Source: Dictyostelium discoideum (taxonomy: Eukaryota). Taken from it: a stretch of DNA of 64,000 bases. Positions 61,545 through 64,000 of the stretch are shown here, piece by piece. Location: positions 736,001-800,000 of the forward strand of contig CM000154.2 of NCBI GenBank assembly GCA_000004695.1, read 5' to 3'. The notes under the pieces are model-generated. The model searched no databases. It saw only the letters and a list, made by a program, of their open reading frames with translations, and was not told where the DNA came from. Each line of letters starts with the position of its first letter. Positions within the stretch are counted from its first letter, which is position 1. The translations under genes and the position numbers were made by a program.

Positions 61545-62867
61545 TTAAATTATTAATGATAAAATTAAGGATAAAGTAACAAATAATGATAAAACCAATT
61601 TTGAAGATGATGAATTTGAAGAACTAGAGTCTAAAGATGATTCACCACCAAGTACTGGATCATGAGTTAAATTATTTGGACGAATTGCATCAAATGAATG
61701 AATTAAAAACTTTGATTGGAAGAAACCATTTCCAAAACATTGTTTAATCATTAATGCACCGAAATCATTGAATTTTGAATATTCAGTTGTGTTTGAAATT
61801 ACTTTAACATCAGTTGAGTCACCTTTATCATTTGTAACTGAAGCTTGAGTTACCCATGAAAAACCAGCATTAATTTCTTCATTTTTTATTTCAATATTTG
61901 AATCTTTTTTATTATGTTCATCTCTATCAATATCAAGTTCAATGTTTTTACTTTTAGTTGCAAAAAATGAAGTTATTGCTAATCTTGATTGATTATTATT
62001 TGAAGGACCAGTGGAAGCACAATTTAAATTTTTAATATTTTTGGAATCAAATTGACATCCATTACTTTTTACATTAATTGATTCATTGTAATAACCAATG
62101 ATTGAAACATCAACTTTTGATTGTTCAGCTGATAATTTAACATCACCAACATTGATTGGTGCTCCACTAATGTAAAATACCATTTGGAAAATATTATTAT
62201 CAGAAGTAACTTCAATTTGATAGACAGTAAAATTTTTACCATTATTTCCTTCCATTTCTTTTTGATCTCTAGTTAATGAATATTTTTGTTTTGATAAATT
62301 TATGTAACCCAAAATTTCATCACCACCATATTGAAAACCTTCAATACTATTATTTTCAGCATATTCAATAATAAAAGTTGGCATATATCCTATTGAAATT
62401 TTTGAAAATTCAATATCATGATGGTCATCAGACGATTCTTCATCCGAACTAGCACTACTATTTGTTGGATTATTGGTATTATTACCATTGAGTTCTAATG
62501 AAAAGAAATTGAAAAAGTAGTTTGGGAATTGTGTAGCTTTTCTATTACATGTTTGGAAATTAAAAATACTGGTGTCAACTTTAAGGTCTTTAACAATACT
62601 TTTATCAACTGAAACTCCATTGGCTGAGAATGAAGGACATCCTGATTTATCATTGGTTCTTATTTTATAGGAACGGAAAACATCATCTTCTTCAGTAGCT
62701 GATTTAATTTTATCTATTAAAAATTAAAAATATTTTTTTTTTTATAATGTTAATAATTAAATTAAAAAAAAAACAATTGTTTAATAAAAAAAATAAATAC
62801 CCCAATGTTTTCCATACACAGAATAAGTGGTGAATAAAAGAAGAATTAAACAAATTAAAATTTTCAT
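61545..62867 (-). CDS. Secreted, probably GPI-anchored protein, about 411 aa. Exons 62867..62801 and 62713..61545.
   Basis: Exon 1 encodes the signal peptide MKILICLILLLFTTYSVYGKHWG plus 1 nt, then a GTATTT donor. Acceptor ttaatag|AT. Ser-rich omega region, then the hydrophobic C-terminus KLVLSLFVTLSLILSLII. Exon sum 1236. Confidence 0.6.
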
Positions 62868-64000
62868 TTTTTTTTTTTTTTTTTGTTTGTTGTAACTTTT
62901 TTAATTTTTTATAAAATAAAATATAAATATAAATGAATAGGTAAATAAAATTGATTGTTCTGAAATAATTAAATTTTTTTTTTAAAGTTTAATTTATACT
63001 TTTTTTTTTTTATTATTTAATATAAAAATAATTTATTTTTTTATTTTAAAAATCATATTGTGATAATCAAATAAAAACCAATTTCTTGAATATATATAAT
63101 TAAGTTATTATCTGAAAATATGATTTAGACATTATTATTGGAAATACTTATTTTTTTAATTTACCAAAAAAAAAAAAAAAAAAAAAGATATCGACATACT
63201 GGGATGATCGGAAAAAAAAAAAAATAAAAAAAATTTTTTTGGGTTACTGCGAAGAGTTTTATTTTATGGTAATCAAAAATTAAAAAAAAACCATTAACTT
63301 CAGTCTTAAATTAACACCCACACTTAACCTCTAAAAAATTAAAATAATGATATTTTTAAAAATAATTTAAAACTAATTAACAATTTGAAATAAAAAATTT
63401 ATTTATAAAAAAAAGTTTATTATAATATTTATTTCAACAAAAAAAAAAAAAAAAAAAAAATCATTCAAATAATTATTTTTTTTTTTTTTTTTTTTTCTAA
63501 TATTTTAAAATAACAAGGGAAATGTGATATTTTATTTTATTATTTTTAAATTTATTTTATTATTTAAATGAATAATTTTTTTTTATATTATTATTTTCTA
63601 CTCATTTAAAATCACAAGTGTAATATGATATTTTAAAATAGTTTATTTTTTTAATTTAATATATATTTTTTTATTTTTTAATTTTTTTTTTCATTGGTTT
63701 TTTAATTTTTTTTACTAACTTGAAAAAAGAGTTTATACAAAAAAAAAAAAACTAATAAAAAAAAAAAAAGCAAAAAAGGCTATATTTTTAAAATATCTTG
63801 GTAGGATTGATATTGTTTTATTTTTTTTTATTTTTTTTAATTTTTTTTTTTTTTAATTTTTTTTTTATTTTTTTTTTTTTTTGAGTTTTGCTGCTTTTTT
63901 TTTTTTTTAAATTTATATATTTTTTTTTTTTTTTCAGTAAATTTTAAAAATTTTAATTTACTGAAAAAAAAAAAAATAAAAAGGTTAATTTAATATTTGA

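Overview
This window reads as Dictyostelium discoideum (social amoeba) nuclear DNA, not a prokaryotic locus. The sequence is about 75-80% AT with poly(A)/poly(T) intergenic DNA. It has in-frame AAT/AAC/CAA codon runs giving polyN/polyQ tracts, and short AT-rich introns with GTAAGT/GTATGT/GTAAAT donors and (T)nAG acceptors. The ORF track appears to use bacterial start codons, so several of its 'M' residues are GTG/TTG, and many real genes are split across track ORFs by introns. I rebuilt exon models by hand and kept them only where summed exon lengths are divisible by 3 and the translation matches a known family. About 25 protein-coding genes are supported. I found no rRNA, tRNA, CRISPR array or recognisable transposon. 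Confident calls:
- ribosome-biogenesis GTPase BMS1 (3 exons)
- mitochondrial chaperonin-10 (hspE; intron immediately after the ATG)
- CAF-1 large subunit with KER domain, PIP box and ED domain (2 exons)
- GATOR2 subunit WDR24 (4 exons; one intron is almost pure (ATT)n)
- MICU1 (2 exons)
- prefoldin subunit 1 (2 exons)
- ecdysoneless/SGT1 (2 exons)
- an ABCC/MRP-type ABC transporter (4 exons)
Less certain family calls:
- a KAR5/GEX1/Brambleberry-like nuclear-fusion protein candidate
- an SH2+LRR protein (LrrB-like)
- an adenylate-kinase-like protein with a long C-terminal extension
- a SAP-domain protein
- a DMT-like membrane protein
- two tandem small secreted CBM49-like genes
- two tandem paralogous EGF-like type-I membrane protein genes
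- a 4 x ~765-bp near-perfect tandem-repeat Gly/Ser/Thr-rich gene
- a ~1470-aa Thr-rich type-I membrane glycoprotein split by a +1 frameshift
- a GPI-anchored-looking secreted protein
Main oddities: two apparent frameshifts in otherwise clean genes, several recent tandem duplications, a conserved 30-bp direct repeat in a divergent promoter, a ~1-kb G/T-rich island in a 2.7-kb AT desert, and unusual C/G homopolymer blocks. Hand-counted coordinates may be off by 1.
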